This document shows, piece after piece, positions 37,168 through 38,742 of a stretch of 38,742 bases of DNA. The DNA is from Halocafeteria seosinensis (Eukaryota): NCBI GenBank assembly GCA_001687465.1, contig LVLI01000573.1:1-38742 (forward strand), in the 5' to 3' direction. Below the pieces are notes generated by a model that saw only the letters and a program-made list of their open reading frames with translations, did not search any database and had not been told where the DNA came from. The translations under genes were made by a program, and so were the position numbers. Each line of letters opens with the position of its first letter. The stretch's first letter is position 1.

Positions 37168-38116
37168 TTATTCTGATGGTGGTCGTAATCCTGGAGCACT
37201 CCTCAAGGGCGGGACGCCCGATACGTCCTGAGATGGAGGCGCCTTAGACTGCATCAGAGCGGTATGATTACCCCTCTATTTTTTGTCTTCAGCTCCCCAG
37301 TGAAGAACTCACTTACTCGTTCTGTCATAGTCCCTCTTATAGGGTCGTATTCATGCGTAGGGGTACGCTCTGGTCGATACTTGTCGTTGTTTGCCTGCTA
37401 GCAAATACACAAGCAGCTGACAAGATTCCATGATACTCAGATGTTCTTCAGGGGATATCTTACTCGCGCTCCACCGAAGCGGAACTGCTTTTCAACGAAG
37501 TCCTGTGACTGCTCCTCTCCATTTACTATATTATATGACTCATTCGTTTTCTTCGACTCCAACTGAAAAGGCTTTGTATAAATCTGCGTAACAATCGCAA
37601 GTTGTCAGGAGGGGAATGTCCACTAAAACTTGTAACAGCGGTAGTATATGCTTACGTGTGGAGGGGGAGGACTTTCCTGAGCGGATTTCCATGCGCTGTG
37701 CATAGTACTTTGGAATTCAGTTTCTTCCTCACCCAATGTAAAATTAGCACGGTCCTTGTTTCCTTTGCTGAGGCGTTCTGGTGGTTGAGACTTTTGATAT
37801 TTCGACGAGAGTACAGAGGATTCCTGCTCATCGTAACTCGCTTGGACGGTGGTACGGAAGTGCTCCTTAGATGAAGTGGCATTGCCGTCTGCAAATATGG
37901 ACCCAACGCTACCCTTTTCCATTTCTAGTTTTCTTGCTCTTGTTGGGTTAGCGCTTTTGGAAGTTTCGTCCTGCATCATTTAGCTCGCCGTCCTCAACTC
38001 AAGCACACCCTTCAGGAACCAATCTCTTGTCTTACCTTGGGTGCCTCCGGAATGGACATACCAGTCGAAAAATGGCTGTCTTGAGCCTTTCGATTAGCTC
38101 TTCCTTCGGCATTCAT
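37168..38116 (-). CDS. Hypothetical protein, 5 exons, possibly cilium-associated
   Basis: In-phase GT-AG model: MNAEGRANRK...EAPK|DETSK...HFRTTVQASY...NFTLGEEETEFQSTMHSAW...PPH|IYTKPF...YNIVNG...GAR|ANNDK...YDPIRGTMTER|SKAPP...PSE*. Confidence 0.7.
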
Positions 38117-38410
38117 CGTTGCTAGAAGGGGGACACTTGGTCGCTGCTCGTCGCAACAAAGACGATCAATTATGGGGACTTACACAAAATCGTACAGACA
38201 CCAAAAACTTCACTCGTAAGGAAGTAACTCAACAATTCACTCGCTAAGCCAACTCTTTTTCCCCTATAGCATCGGCAGTAAACGGACGAGTTCTTCGTCT
38301 GCGACCGCACCAGCGGGGCTGAGCGGGCGCTCTTTTGTCGCTTGCGGTTGAAGTAAAAAGCGACGAAAAGTTTGCTTGCTTGATAGCAAGTTGATACGGC
38401 AGGAACAGTG

Positions 38411-38500
38411 TTGGGGCACACCGTGCCGGCACGAGGCACGACCCCCCCTGTGCCGCGCCGCGGCGCGGCACACGGGCACGGGGGTCGAGGGTGTGCCCAA
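38411..38500. repeat. GC-rich nested inverted-repeat element built from GGCAC/GTGCC units
   Basis: 24-bp perfect palindrome at 38449-38472, 12-bp palindrome at 38422-38433, arms CGACCCCC/GGGGGTCG and GGGCACACC/GGTGTGCCC. Confidence 0.9.
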
Positions 38501-38742
38501 TTGGCAAAACTCAAATGCCAAATATTAGACTTGGAAATTGCAGGATATAGCCCCGTGGAACGATATACAAGCATCCGCAGAAGATATATCAGTACCAGTT
38601 CCGAGTATCTGCCAATAGGATGCGAAAGTCAGACGTATGGAGATGCTTCAGTGGCCCATTTAAGGGTTCAGACGATGCACTTGTGGTGCAGTCTAGCTGA
38701 GAGTGAAACAGGGTCGCTTTTTTCGGCTACCAAGCGTGGATG

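Noticed and set aside
38165..38185. RNase MRP/P P4-like sequence (GGGGACTTAC / GTAAGTCCCC)
   Set aside because: The match is imperfect and no partner P4 strand lies at a suitable distance on the same strand.
38170..38574. ORFs spanning the GC-rich palindrome
   Set aside because: They stay open because of local GC richness, and the translations are not protein-like.

Overview
Gene-dense eukaryotic (protist-like) genomic window, not prokaryotic. Genes carry many short (~60-130 nt) GT-AG introns, use the standard code, and sit 10-300 bp apart. Recognisable genes: DCAF1/VprBP, spermidine synthase, a myristoylation-motif triple-KH protein, a PX+VPS9 Rab GEF, a membrane metallophosphoesterase (TMPPE/YkuE-like), an ALDH10-like aldehyde dehydrogenase, CASC1/DNAI7-like dynein chain (implying a flagellated organism), eIF5A, an UNC-93-like transporter, a WEE1-family kinase and several hypothetical genes. 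A ~4.9 kb island (about 10.6-15.4 kb) lacks intact genes and is centred on a tRNA-Ser(AGA). Just downstream of the tRNA terminator lie a G12 run, an orphan exon-like fragment and a decayed, 5'-truncated CRE-clade non-LTR retrotransposon (thumb, CCHC knuckle, RLE). On the other side are a 48-bp tandem duplication and a probable pseudogene. Other unexplained structures are a GC-rich nested palindrome at 38.41-38.50 kb and a possible H/ACA snoRNA in eIF5A intron 1. I found no clearly new system; the best leads are the tRNA-associated retroelement island and the palindromic element. Exon boundaries were worked out by hand and family calls rest on remembered motifs, not database searches.
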